Positions 9,834 to 18,882 of a DNA stretch of 64,000 nt are shown here, piece by piece. A model generated the notes under the pieces. It did not search any database, was not told the origin of the DNA, and saw only the letters and a list, made by a program, of their open reading frames with translations. How positions within the stretch are numbered: position 1 is the first letter of the stretch; the number at the start of each line of letters is the position of its first letter. The translations under genes were made by a program, and so were the position numbers. This DNA comes from an uncultured Nitrososphaerota archaeon (GTDB taxonomy: Archaea > Thermoproteota > Nitrososphaeria > Nitrososphaerales > Gagatemarchaeaceae): NCBI GenBank assembly GCA_963838925.1, contig CAWISW010000002.1, positions 320,001 to 384,000 of the forward strand, given 5' to 3'.

Positions 9834-10928
9834 CTAAGCTGAGACCTGACGAAGCGCGGACATGAAGCGGTCGTTCACGGTCGCCGTGCTGATCGTGAGG
9901 CGGAGGCAGTCGCCTATCCCGCTGGGCTTGGAGTAGCTCCGGAGCACGAACCCTCTCCTCATCAGCGCGGCCTGAAGCCTCCCCGCGAGCACCGCGCCTC
10001 CTTCCACCCTGAAGAGGATGAAGTTCGTCTCGCTGGGGAAGGGAGTGACGGTGGGAATCCCCTTCAGGGCCTTGAAGACCCTCTCCCTCTCGCCGACTAT
10101 CCTCCTGACGTTTCGGCGCATCTCGGACAGGTTGCGGAGCGCCGCCTCCGCCAGCATTATCGAGATCACGCTCAGGCTGTTCGGGGGCCTTACCAAGTTC
10201 AGCTGCTCCACCGTCCCCCGCATGGCTACGAGATACCCGACCCTCACGCCAGCCATGGAGAACGCCTTCGAGAACGTCCTGCAGACCACGAGGTTGTCGT
10301 ACCTCGCTGTGAGCCCAAGGGCCGTCTTGCCCCAGAACTCGTAGTAAGCCTCGTCGACCGCCACGGCGGCCTTGGCCTCCCTGGCTATCCTCTCGACCTC
10401 CGGGAGCGGCATGGGGTTGCCCGTCGGGCTGTTGGGGTTGCAGAGGAAGATGAGCTTGGTCTTGGGAGTGACCGCGCCTAGCACCGCGTCCGCGCCAATC
10501 GAGAAGTCCTCGGGGTCCCTCCTGACGTACCTCATTCGCGCTCCCATGACCTGCGAGACGATCCTGAACATCGAATAGGTGGGGACTGGCACCAACACGT
10601 CGTCCCCGTTGTCCAGGAGGACCTTGCTGACGATGTCCAAGCCCTCGTCGGCCCCGTTGGTGACCACGAAGCGGTCTACGTCGACCCCGCAGTAGGCCGC
10701 CAATCCTTCCCTTATCCCCAAGTAGGTGGTGTCCGGGTACTGGTTGACCTCCAGCCTCAGCGCCTCCTTCGAGAGCTGCTTGAGCTCAGCGAGCGGTGGA
10801 AACGGCGAGGTGTTGGTGTCGAGCCTGACTACCTCCTCCTCCTTCAGCCCCACCTTGTGCGCTATCTCGTGCGTCGGGGTCTCCCAACCGTAGGCGTCGA
10901 AGCTGTCGAAGGCCCGCCTGATTCTCAA
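9834..10928 (-). CDS. hisC: Histidinol-phosphate aminotransferase
   Basis: NQYPD, TNGADEG, CNPNSPTG, DEAYYEF, RTFSKAFSMAGVRVGY (PLP Lys). Confidence 0.92.
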   Translation of the reverse strand: MRIRRAFDSFDAYGWETPTHEIAHKVGLKEEEVVRLDTNTSPFPPLAELKQLSKEALRLEVNQYPDTTYLGIREGLAAYCGVDVDRFVVTNGADEGLDIVSKVLLDNGDDVLVPVPTYSMFRIVSQVMGARMRYVRRDPEDFSIGADAVLGAVTPKTKLIFLCNPNSPTGNPMPLPEVERIAREAKAAVAVDEAYYEFWGKTALGLTARYDNLVVCRTFSKAFSMAGVRVGYLVAMRGTVEQLNLVRPPNSLSVISIMLAEAALRNLSEMRRNVRRIVGERERVFKALKGIPTVTPFPSETNFILFRVEGGAVLAGRLQAALMRRGFVLRSYSKPSGIGDCLRLTISTATVNDRFMSALRQVSA

Positions 10929-10973
10929 GGACTAGCCCACCCGGGCCTTAGATGATTAAAGCTGTTCGATGCG

Positions 10974-11507
10974 TCAATACCTGTTGTAGAACCTTGCCAT
11001 CAGGTTGCGGTTCCACAGGCGCGCGGCGATGGCTCCAGCGATCCCCCCGCTGATGACCCCGAAGAGGAGGATGGTTACGTCGGTGACAGGGTCGTGCGGG
11101 ACCCCCACGAATGCGCTGGGGAAGGCCACCACGCTCACGTAGAACGCGGACAACCCGACAACGCCGGTGCTGACCATCATGCAGGCCATCAGCCTCAGGG
11201 TCTTCGCCTTCCCATCTTCCTGGGCACGGAACGAGGTCGCCAGGGCGTCGACGAGCACCCCAAACATCGTAGCGAAGACGAGGTCGACCGGAAAGAACCC
11301 GAGCTTCACCGTGGTTATGAGCGCACCGCTCACCACCCCGACGTAGGTCGCGCCTCCTCTCCCTACCACGAGGTAGCTCAGCGCGAGAAAGAGCGACTGG
11401 AATATGATGAGAAAGTCAGAGGTCGGCGCGGGGATGAAGCCGTTCACCACGAGTATCATCACCCCGAAGAGCGCCCCCAGAGCGATCCTCCTTGTGCTGA
11501 CAGCCAA
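10974..11507 (-). CDS. Integral membrane protein, ECF S-component-like
   Basis: 5-6 TM in 177 aa; STRRIALGALFG N-terminus resembles S components. Confidence 0.6.
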   Translation of the reverse strand: MAVSTRRIALGALFGVMILVVNGFIPAPTSDFLIIFQSLFLALSYLVVGRGGATYVGVVSGALITTVKLGFFPVDLVFATMFGVLVDALATSFRAQEDGKAKTLRLMACMMVSTGVVGLSAFYVSVVAFPSAFVGVPHDPVTDVTILLFGVISGGIAGAIAARLWNRNLMARFYNRY

Positions 11508-11540
11508 ACGGCATCGCGTCTGGGATACCTGATTTAAGTG

Positions 11541-11556
11541 TAACGAACGCTCGTTA
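11541..11556. promoter_or_regulatory. Palindromic operator TAACGA-N4-TCGTTA, probable TetR site
   Basis: Perfect 6-bp inverted repeat between tetR and the divergent gene, next to that gene's TTAAAT box. Confidence 0.65.
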
Positions 11557-11661
11557 GACAGGGCGGTCAGCGCCGTCGCGAGGCTGCGGACGCCCCGCTT
11601 CCATCACGCCACTCTGCACAACCGTTAATAACGTTCCAGTCCTCGTAAGCAAGAGCGCATC

Positions 11662-12249
11662 ATGCAAGTGCAGAAGAGCAAGACCGGGCCCAGCGAGATA
11701 CTGGAGGTCGCCGCGCGGCTCTTCGCCGAGAGGGGCTACTCCAACGTCTCGATCCGCGACGTCTGCAAGGAGGCCAAGACGAGCGCCCCAATGATCTATT
11801 ACTACTTCAAGGACAAGAAGGGCCTCTTCAGGGCCGCCGTCAACGACAAGCTGAGCCTCCGACAGTTCATCTCGCGCCTCAGGGAGACTTCGTCGACAAA
11901 GGACATCCCGAGAGCGGTGGACTCGTTCGTGAAGATCTACCTCACGGCCTTCCCGGATGCCGCCTTCGACCCCGGCCTCTACCTAAGGGAGACGGCGAAG
12001 CTCGACAACAAGAGCGCCGAGGTGGTGAGCAGGCAGCTCGACGAGGTCCAGACGATCGCCACCTCGCTCGTCCAGAAGGGGATGAATACCGGGGACTTTA
12101 GGCAGGTCAAGGCGGAGGACGCAGCAGACTGCCTGATCGGGATGCTCAACCACGTCATCTTCCAGAAGATACACTTCTCAAAGTCGCTTGACATCGAGAA
12201 GAAGGGCGACATCATCGCCTCCTTCTTCCTGAACGCGATGAGGCCGTAG
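11662..12249 (+). CDS. TetR/AcrR family transcriptional regulator
   Basis: ILEVAARLFAERGYSNVSIRDVCKEAKTSAPMIYYYFKDKKGLF HTH. Confidence 0.95.
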   Translation: MQVQKSKTGPSEILEVAARLFAERGYSNVSIRDVCKEAKTSAPMIYYYFKDKKGLFRAAVNDKLSLRQFISRLRETSSTKDIPRAVDSFVKIYLTAFPDAAFDPGLYLRETAKLDNKSAEVVSRQLDEVQTIATSLVQKGMNTGDFRQVKAEDAADCLIGMLNHVIFQKIHFSKSLDIEKKGDIIASFFLNAMRP

Positions 12250-12250
12250 C

Positions 12251-15100
12251 CTACCAGAACGGCCGCGTCTCGATGAACTTCAGCTTGGCTTCGAGGAGCT
12301 CCTTGTAGAACCTCTCGTCGTCCTCGTGCATCTTCGCAAGGATCCTCGCCGCGGTCTGCGGCCCTATCCCGTAGACAGCCTGCGCTATCACCGCCCGCCT
12401 CCCGTAGGAGAGGACGAGGTCGGCGCCCCTCCTCGCCTTCGCCAGCTCCGACCTCTCGTCCTCGGTTAGGCTGCCCTCGCCGGGCGCCAGCTTCTTCCGC
12501 AGCAGCTCCGCGACCTTCGACGAGCCATGGAAGTTGGGCGCCATGAGCCCCGAGCCGCACTTCTTGCACGCGGGCTCGTCGGCGAGCTCGCCTATCGTCG
12601 TGTAGCCCTGCGCATCGCCGCACTTCATGCAGAGCAGGTCCACCGACGTGCCGTAGATGCTGAGCCTCATCTTCTCCACCGTGGACTTGGCCAGCGAGTC
12701 CGGGGCGACCAGCTCCGGGACCTCGAGGTACTTGTAGAGGATGTTGTACGCTATCGGGGTCGGCCTCTCCTTCGAGAGGAAGGTCTCGACCTTGACCGCG
12801 CCGCTCGCCACGCTCAGGAGCATCTCCTTGGCCCGACGCATGTCGATCATGTCCCTCCCCGTCTCTTGGACCGCCTCCTCGAAGATCGGCGTGTTCTCGA
12901 ACCTGGTGGGGAGCGAGCAGAGGTTGGGGTGCGCGATGAACTGCCCCCTGCGGAGGGCGCCGAACCGCTCCGCCACCTGCTTGACCCTCGTGGGGAAGGG
13001 GAAGTTCCTCTGGGCAGCGACCGCGTAGGTGTCCTCGAACTCCTTCGGGGACATCCCGAAGAGGTCCTTCGAGAGCTGTTCCAGGTCGAGCCCCGCCGCG
13101 TCTGTCGTGAGCTCGATCAGTATCCTGTAGCCGTCCATGTACCAGAGCCGGATGAGTCCCCTCCTCGAGAGAACCTCCTCGAACGTGTACGCCAGGAGCC
13201 TGTTCACCTTCTCCCCGAAGCAAGAGTGCACCACGAGGTACTTCTGCCACCCCTCGAGCAGGACGAGGTCGTCCGAAGGCAGCGGGGCCCCGGTCTTCAC
13301 GTGCTCGTCTATCTCGTCCGCCACCTTCCTCATCGCCGACTCGGTCACCGGCAGCTCCTCGCTGAGGGACCGCGCGGCCGCCTCTGGGGTGGACCCTTCC
13401 AGGAGCCTGCCGACCCTCTTCCTCAGCTCTCCGCTCCGCTGGGCGAGCCCGAAGGGCACCGGGAGCATCTCCCCGTCCCATCCGGGGACGGCAGCCAGAG
13501 GGTCCTCTACCGACGTGACGTAGATCTTCCTGTCGTCGGCTATCTTCTCCATCTGCCATATCTTGCCTTTCAGGATGAAGTGGAGCCCGACCTTGGCCTG
13601 CAGCATCACGAACTCCTCCCCGAGGATCCCGACGGTCTGGTTGTTCGCCACGTCGATGACGAAGTACCTCGTCTCGTCAGGGATGGTCGAGAGGTTCTGG
13701 TAGTAGTACTCCCGCGTCCCCCTCGTCCTCGCGAGCTTCCCCCCGTCCCTCCTCAGCTTCCTGAGCTCCGCGAGATAGGACACCACCCTCTCCATCGTCT
13801 GCTCGTCGAGCTCCCTGTAGGGATGGCACGACCTGAACTCCGCTAGGAGCTTCTCAGTCTCGACCGCCTCGTAGTCCATCAGGTATCCGGCGATCTGGTG
13901 CGCGAGCACGTCGAGGCTCTTCTCGTAGGGCTTCGTCTCCTCCATCCTCCCCTTGAGCGCCTCCGATACCGCCGCCGTGGATTCCAGGATGTCGTCCGCC
14001 CCAACTGTGAGGAGGACGCCCTTCGAGGTGCGCTTGAGGCTGTGCCCCGACCTCCCGACCCTCTGGATGAGGGAGGTCACCTGCCTGGGGGACATGTACT
14101 GCACCACGAGGTCGACCGCCCCGATGTCGATCCCCAGCTCCAGCGTCGACGTGCAGACCAGCGCCTTTATGCCTCCGGTCCTGAAGGAGGTCTCGACCCT
14201 CTCCCGCTCCTCGCGTGGCAGGGACCCGTGGTGGACGCCGACATCCCCCCTAAGCCTGTTGAGCTTCTCGCCCAGCATCTCGGCGGTCGTCCTGCTGTTG
14301 ACGAAGACGAGCGTCGACTTGTGGGACTCGATGAGGTCGCCCAGCCGCGCTAGCCTCGCCGCGAGGTCGATGGTCGTGAAGACCTCCCGCGACAGGGCGC
14401 TGTCCTCGGGCTTTGGCGTCGGGTACTCGACGAAGTACCCCACCTGCTTCGGGGCCGGAGCCCTCACGATCGAGTGCGGCGCACTTCCGAAGATGAAGGC
14501 GGCCGCGGTCTCCGGGCTGCCTATCGTAGCTGAGAGGGCGACGATCTGAAAGTCGCCTGCGACCCTCCTGAGGCGCTGGAGGCCGACCGTGAGCTGTACC
14601 CCCCTCTTGCTCTCGACGAGGTTGTGCAGCTCGTCGACCACCACGGCCTTGACGTCCGCGAGGCTCTCTCGGAGGCTCCTCCCCGGAAGCATCGCCTGGA
14701 GGGTCTCAGGCGTCGTAACGAGGACGTCAGGCGGGTTCCTCGACTGCCTCTGCCTCTGGGCCTGGGGGGTGTCCCCGTGCCGGACGTCCAGAGTGAGCGA
14801 AAGCTTCCCGCACCAGAACTCCAGCCTTCGGAGCATGTCCCTGTTCAGCGCCCGGAGCGGGGTGATGTACAGGAGGGAGATCCCGTGCCTGGGGCCGCGG
14901 CGCACGAGGTTGCTCAGCAGCGGAAGGATTGCAGCCTCGGTCTTCCCCGACCCGGTCGGCGCGACGATGAGGACGTTCGCTCCGGTCGTGACGAGGGGGA
15001 TCGCCTCTATCTGCGGAGGCGTCGGGGATGTTATCCCGCTCTCCTCGAGGAGGGCCCTGACGGGCTCGGCTAGCGAGTCGAAGACCTCAATCCCGCCCAA
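12251..15100 (-). CDS. lhr: Lhr-family SF2 DEAD/DEAH helicase
   Basis: APTGSGKTEA, YITPLRALNRD, VVDELH, SAT, HHGSL, QRVGRSGH, STIPD; C-terminal Zn finger and HhH. Confidence 0.95.
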   Translation of the reverse strand: MGGIEVFDSLAEPVRALLEESGITSPTPPQIEAIPLVTTGANVLIVAPTGSGKTEAAILPLLSNLVRRGPRHGISLLYITPLRALNRDMLRRLEFWCGKLSLTLDVRHGDTPQAQRQRQSRNPPDVLVTTPETLQAMLPGRSLRESLADVKAVVVDELHNLVESKRGVQLTVGLQRLRRVAGDFQIVALSATIGSPETAAAFIFGSAPHSIVRAPAPKQVGYFVEYPTPKPEDSALSREVFTTIDLAARLARLGDLIESHKSTLVFVNSRTTAEMLGEKLNRLRGDVGVHHGSLPREERERVETSFRTGGIKALVCTSTLELGIDIGAVDLVVQYMSPRQVTSLIQRVGRSGHSLKRTSKGVLLTVGADDILESTAAVSEALKGRMEETKPYEKSLDVLAHQIAGYLMDYEAVETEKLLAEFRSCHPYRELDEQTMERVVSYLAELRKLRRDGGKLARTRGTREYYYQNLSTIPDETRYFVIDVANNQTVGILGEEFVMLQAKVGLHFILKGKIWQMEKIADDRKIYVTSVEDPLAAVPGWDGEMLPVPFGLAQRSGELRKRVGRLLEGSTPEAAARSLSEELPVTESAMRKVADEIDEHVKTGAPLPSDDLVLLEGWQKYLVVHSCFGEKVNRLLAYTFEEVLSRRGLIRLWYMDGYRILIELTTDAAGLDLEQLSKDLFGMSPKEFEDTYAVAAQRNFPFPTRVKQVAERFGALRRGQFIAHPNLCSLPTRFENTPIFEEAVQETGRDMIDMRRAKEMLLSVASGAVKVETFLSKERPTPIAYNILYKYLEVPELVAPDSLAKSTVEKMRLSIYGTSVDLLCMKCGDAQGYTTIGELADEPACKKCGSGLMAPNFHGSSKVAELLRKKLAPGEGSLTEDERSELAKARRGADLVLSYGRRAVIAQAVYGIGPQTAARILAKMHEDDERFYKELLEAKLKFIETRPFW

Positions 15101-15116
15101 ACGGACGACCTCCCAA

Positions 15117-15500
15117 CTACATCACCGTTCTCGTATTGATCCGCCCTTGCCTCGCCGCGCACGCGTCGCACTCGCACATGTCCAGGAGGTACTGGTAAGG
15201 ATAGATTCCCGTGCTGTGCCCGTCAGACCAAGCGAACGCGATGGCGTATCTTCCCACCATCGTGTAAGCTGTGGCCGCTATCCCCGCGGGAGCTGCCGGG
15301 ATGAGCGGGATCACGCGACTGACGCCGATTGCCGGCGGCTCACCAGCGCACATGGCGCAGGGGCAGGCCTCGCGCAGCCTTCCGTTCGAGCTGAGCCACA
15401 GGTGGCCGTCGCTCCACTCGATGGACACGCTCTTCTCGCCCAGTGAAACCTTCCGAGGGACCGGCAAAACCAGGTGCTCGGAAGCCCGTCCCCCACTCAT
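15117..15500 (-). CDS. DUF971 / GBBH-like N-terminal domain protein
   Basis: IEWSDGH, LREACPCAMC, VGRYAIAFAWSDGHSTGIYPYQYL. Confidence 0.9.
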   Translation of the reverse strand: MSGGRASEHLVLPVPRKVSLGEKSVSIEWSDGHLWLSSNGRLREACPCAMCAGEPPAIGVSRVIPLIPAAPAGIAATAYTMVGRYAIAFAWSDGHSTGIYPYQYLLDMCECDACAARQGRINTRTVM

Positions 15501-15599
15501 AAGGCTTGGCGTCGAACCAACGACGCTCGACGGTGTTCGTCCGGCCCGTCTCCCTCAGGGAAACGGTTATCTCTCCCTCGCGGGGCCTGACCTCCGCTC

Positions 15600-15989
15600 T
15601 TGGCGAAACTTTCAGACAAGGCGAAGAGGCTGCTGACGGGGAAGAACTTTGCCTTCGTCGCGACCCTCAACAAGGACGGGAGCACCCAGCTCACGCCCAC
15701 GTGGGTCGATACCGACGGGGAGAACGTCCTTGTCAACACCGCCTTGGGGAGGATGAAGACAATCAACGTGACGAGGGACCCGAGGATCACCGTCGGGGTC
15801 TTTGACCAGGCGAACCCCTACGAATACGTGTCCATCCGAGGCAAGGTCGCAAAGCAGGTGAAGGGAAAGGAGGCGGACGACCACATAGACAAGCTCGCGC
15901 TCAAGTACACGGGAGCCACGAAGTACAAGAGGTCTGCGCCAGGCGAGAAGAGAGTCCTCCTCGTGATACACCCCTCCAAGGTAATCTGA
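15600..15989 (+). CDS. PPOX-class F420-dependent oxidoreductase
   Basis: FAFVATLNKDGSTQLTPTW, K..N..RDPRI, NPYEYVSIRG, HIDKLALKY. Confidence 0.9.
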   Translation: MAKLSDKAKRLLTGKNFAFVATLNKDGSTQLTPTWVDTDGENVLVNTALGRMKTINVTRDPRITVGVFDQANPYEYVSIRGKVAKQVKGKEADDHIDKLALKYTGATKYKRSAPGEKRVLLVIHPSKVI

Positions 15990-16003
15990 GGGAGCGCAAG
16001 ACC

Positions 16004-16114
16004 ATGCCTACGTGCATTTGCAACGTCTGCAAACACCTCAACACCGTGTCATGCGCCCGCTGCACTTGCTGCTCGTACAGGAAGTTCGCCTGCATGCAGA
16101 TCGAGAACCGCTGA
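16004..16114 (+). CDS. Cys-rich metallothionein-like peptide (36 aa); absent from ORF track
   Basis: MPTCICNVCKHLNTVSCARCTCCSYRKFACMQIENR; 8 Cys; GGAG upstream; fills the gap between two genes. Confidence 0.65.
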   Translation: MPTCICNVCKHLNTVSCARCTCCSYRKFACMQIENR

Positions 16115-16124
16115 CGCTTACCCC

Positions 16125-17615
16125 TCAGAACCCAGCGGGCGCACCGTCGCCCCTGACGTCGCACACGGCCTTCTTGCCTGCGGGCGTGAGCTCGATGCCC
16201 TGTGCCACCCCTTGCCTGTAGGGATAGTCGACGACTCGCACTCCTGGGACCTCTCCTTCGACCCTGTACCCCCTCTCGACCAGTGTCTCCTCCCCGTCCC
16301 ACACGAACCTGGGGTAACTCAACGCTTCCTCCACTCCCATCGAGTAGTCGACAACGTTGGAGACGAAGAGGGCGTGCAGCTGGGGGCGATGCTCGCCTCC
16401 GCTCGTCCCCATCGCGACGTAGGGCCTCTCGTCCTTCGCCCTCGACAGCAGCAGGGCGGACAAGGTGTGGACCGGCCTCTTCCTCGGGGCAAGGCTGTTG
16501 GGACCCTCCAGCTTGAACGCAGACGCCCTGTTGTTCAAGAAGAAGCCCGAGTCCTTGAGGTAGACCCTCGAGCCGAATGGGTGAAAGAGGCTCTGAATGC
16601 ATGAGAGCAGGTTCCCCTCCTCGTCGGCGACCGCGAAGTAGGTCGTGTCCCCGTCGGGCACCCCTGAGGCGCGCCGGCCCGGCCTCGAGCCAAGGAACCC
16701 CTGGAGGTCGAAGCCCACGAACCTGGGGTCGCCGATGAGCTCGTCCTTCGCCGCGAGGGCCACCATGGTCGCCTCTGTGGTGCGCGTCACCCGCTCCAAC
16801 GAGTCCGCCGGAGGCGGCTTGGACTCCTCGAGCTGCTTGAGGATCAGGAGCGCCGCGGCCCCCATGCTGTTGGGCGGGACCTCGTAGACCCTCTGCCCTC
16901 GGTACTCCATGCTGATCGGCTCCACCCACTCTGGGGCGAACGACAGGTCGTCCCGGTCGACCTCGACACCCTCCGCGCCTAGCGTCTCCACGATCTCGTC
17001 TGCCGCCGCGCCTCGATAGAACGCCTCGGCACCGCCCTCTCCTATCTCCCGTATGCGCTCGGCCAGCCCTCTCTGGCGCAGCAACTCCCCCGGCTCGGGC
17101 CCTAGGCCGTCCGCTCCGAGAGCGCGGAGCGCGTCTCGGGGGAGGTCGCCCCGATACCTTCCCAGGGCCCTCGACAACCCAGGCGAGATTGGAAACCCGT
17201 CCTCTGCGAGCTCGATGGCCCTCTCGAGGAGGCGGGAGAACTCGACCCGCCCGAACCTGCTGTGGAGCTCCTCGACGCCGCCCACCATCCCCGGGACGAC
17301 CACGCTGCCGGCACCGAACAGGGGGACCTTGGCGAGCCCTTGGGAGCGGACGGACTCGACCGTCGCCCCTGACGGCGCCCAGCCGCTCCCGTTCAGGCAG
17401 CGGACCGCGCCGCTCCTCCTGTCGAAGAACAGGGCGAAGAAGTCGCCCCCCAGGCCGTTCATGTGGGGAAGCACGACCGAGAGGGCGAAGCTCGCAGCGA
17501 CCGCCGCGTCGAAGGCGTTCCCGCCTGCTCGCATGACTTCCGACCCTGCCAAAGATGCGAGGGGGTGCTCCGTCGCGACCGAGCAGTCCTTGGAGACGAG
17601 CACCTTGGCAGACAA
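16125..17615 (-). CDS. ggt: Gamma-glutamyltransferase family protein
   Basis: GGNAFDAAVA, GLGGDFF, PPNSMG, DTTYF (Thr nucleophile), PRKRPVHTL; TTG at 17615 chosen from TATA position. Confidence 0.93.
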   Translation of the reverse strand: MSAKVLVSKDCSVATEHPLASLAGSEVMRAGGNAFDAAVAASFALSVVLPHMNGLGGDFFALFFDRRSGAVRCLNGSGWAPSGATVESVRSQGLAKVPLFGAGSVVVPGMVGGVEELHSRFGRVEFSRLLERAIELAEDGFPISPGLSRALGRYRGDLPRDALRALGADGLGPEPGELLRQRGLAERIREIGEGGAEAFYRGAAADEIVETLGAEGVEVDRDDLSFAPEWVEPISMEYRGQRVYEVPPNSMGAAALLILKQLEESKPPPADSLERVTRTTEATMVALAAKDELIGDPRFVGFDLQGFLGSRPGRRASGVPDGDTTYFAVADEEGNLLSCIQSLFHPFGSRVYLKDSGFFLNNRASAFKLEGPNSLAPRKRPVHTLSALLLSRAKDERPYVAMGTSGGEHRPQLHALFVSNVVDYSMGVEEALSYPRFVWDGEETLVERGYRVEGEVPGVRVVDYPYRQGVAQGIELTPAGKKAVCDVRGDGAPAGF

Positions 17616-17700
17616 TGCCGACGACAACGGCGGCGGACGCCGGGTGATAAAAGTCCGCGGCGGCATCAAGATATATCGCAGGGACGGCGCCGGTCGCATC

Positions 17701-18588
17701 ATGGCGAAGAACCTCAGGATCGGCTTCATCGGGCTCGGGATAATGGGCAGGCCAATGGCTCAGAACCTGCTCAAAGCGGGCTTCGAGCTCACCGTGTACA
17801 ACAGGAGCAAGCCCCCCGTCGAGCTCCTCGTCTCCTCCGGCGCCGTCTCCGCCCCGTCCCCCAAGGAAGTCGCCGAGCGCAGCGACGTCGTAGTAACGAT
17901 GGTGACGGACTCCGAAGCGGTGAAGGAAGTCGTCCTCGGACAGGGCGGCGTCATCGAAGGCGCGCACCCGGGCCTGGTCCTGGTGGACATGAGCACGATC
18001 TCCCCCAGCGTCACTCGGAACGTCTCGGCATCCTTGGCTGCCAAGGGGACGGCCATGCTCGACGCGCCAGTCAGCGGAGGGGACACGGGCGCGAGGGAGG
18101 GGACGCTGACCATAATGGTGGGAGGTCCTGCCCCCGCCTTCGAGGCCTGCCTCCCCGTCCTCCAAGCGATGGGAAGGAAGGTCGTTCACATGGGAGACAC
18201 CGGCGCGGGCCAGCTGACCAAGCTGGCCAACCAGATCCTGGTGGCCTGCAACATGGTCGGAGTAAGCGAGTGCCTAAACTTCGCCAAGAAGGCGGGCCTC
18301 GACGTCGGGAAGGTGATCGACTCCCTCTCGGCCGGGGCCGCCTCATCATGGAGCCTCGTCAATCTGGGGCCGAGGATAGTCAAGCGCGACTTTTCCCCGG
18401 GCTTCAAGATCAAACTCCTCCAGAAGGACCTGCGGTACGTCCTAGCCGCTGCTGACGACATCAACGCGCCCCTGCCCGCCACCGCGCTCGTCCACAAGCT
18501 GTACGGGCAGCTCGAGGAGAAAGGCCTCGGCGACGTCGGGACCCAGGCACTCATCACCGCCATCGAGCAGATGTCGAGCCAAGGCTGA
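17701..18588 (+). CDS. Beta-hydroxyacid dehydrogenase (2-hydroxy-3-oxopropionate reductase / 3-hydroxyisobutyrate dehydrogenase family)
   Basis: IGFIGLGIMGRPMA, DMSTISP, LDAPVSGG, KLANQ; ATG at 17701 (ORF track over-extends). Confidence 0.95.
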   Translation: MAKNLRIGFIGLGIMGRPMAQNLLKAGFELTVYNRSKPPVELLVSSGAVSAPSPKEVAERSDVVVTMVTDSEAVKEVVLGQGGVIEGAHPGLVLVDMSTISPSVTRNVSASLAAKGTAMLDAPVSGGDTGAREGTLTIMVGGPAPAFEACLPVLQAMGRKVVHMGDTGAGQLTKLANQILVACNMVGVSECLNFAKKAGLDVGKVIDSLSAGAASSWSLVNLGPRIVKRDFSPGFKIKLLQKDLRYVLAAADDINAPLPATALVHKLYGQLEEKGLGDVGTQALITAIEQMSSQG

Positions 18589-18632
18589 CCCCGCGAAATC
18601 CGTAAATAGAGCGCGCAGACGTGAACGCCGAC

Positions 18633-18773
18633 ATGTGCGACTGCGAAGAGCTCGAATTCGAGGACTTTGAGGTCATGCTGACCGCGATGTCCAAGAAGAC
18701 ATCCTCTCCCGAAGCAGAGGCACCGCTCCAGGCTCTCGTCCCGCAGATAGTGGCGGTCAAGCGGCGGAAGTAG
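18633..18773 (+). CDS. Small hypothetical protein (46 aa) starting MCDCEE; absent from ORF track
   Basis: MCDCEELEFEDFEVMLTAMSKKTSSPEAEAPLQALVPQIVAVKRRK; TAAATA box about 25 nt upstream. Confidence 0.55.
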   Translation: MCDCEELEFEDFEVMLTAMSKKTSSPEAEAPLQALVPQIVAVKRRK

Positions 18774-18882
18774 CCCCTGAGCCGGCGGCCCGTGCCGCTC
18801 TTCACGCTCGCTCGTTGAGAGATTAATGAGCATAGGAATATCCAAACCCGAATAACTTATAAGATATGAATATCGCGCAGGC

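Noticed and set aside
11979-13846. Long alternative-frame ORFs (526 aa minus, 439 aa plus) over lhr
   Set aside because: Arg/Gly/Pro-rich shadow ORFs caused by high GC3; no motifs
17053-17700. Apparent N-terminal extension of the hydroxyacid dehydrogenase
   Set aside because: Antisense to ggt; TATA and ATG at 17701 mark the start
15901-18189. 762-aa minus-strand ORF
   Set aside because: Off-frame of ggt and antisense to the dehydrogenase; shadow ORF
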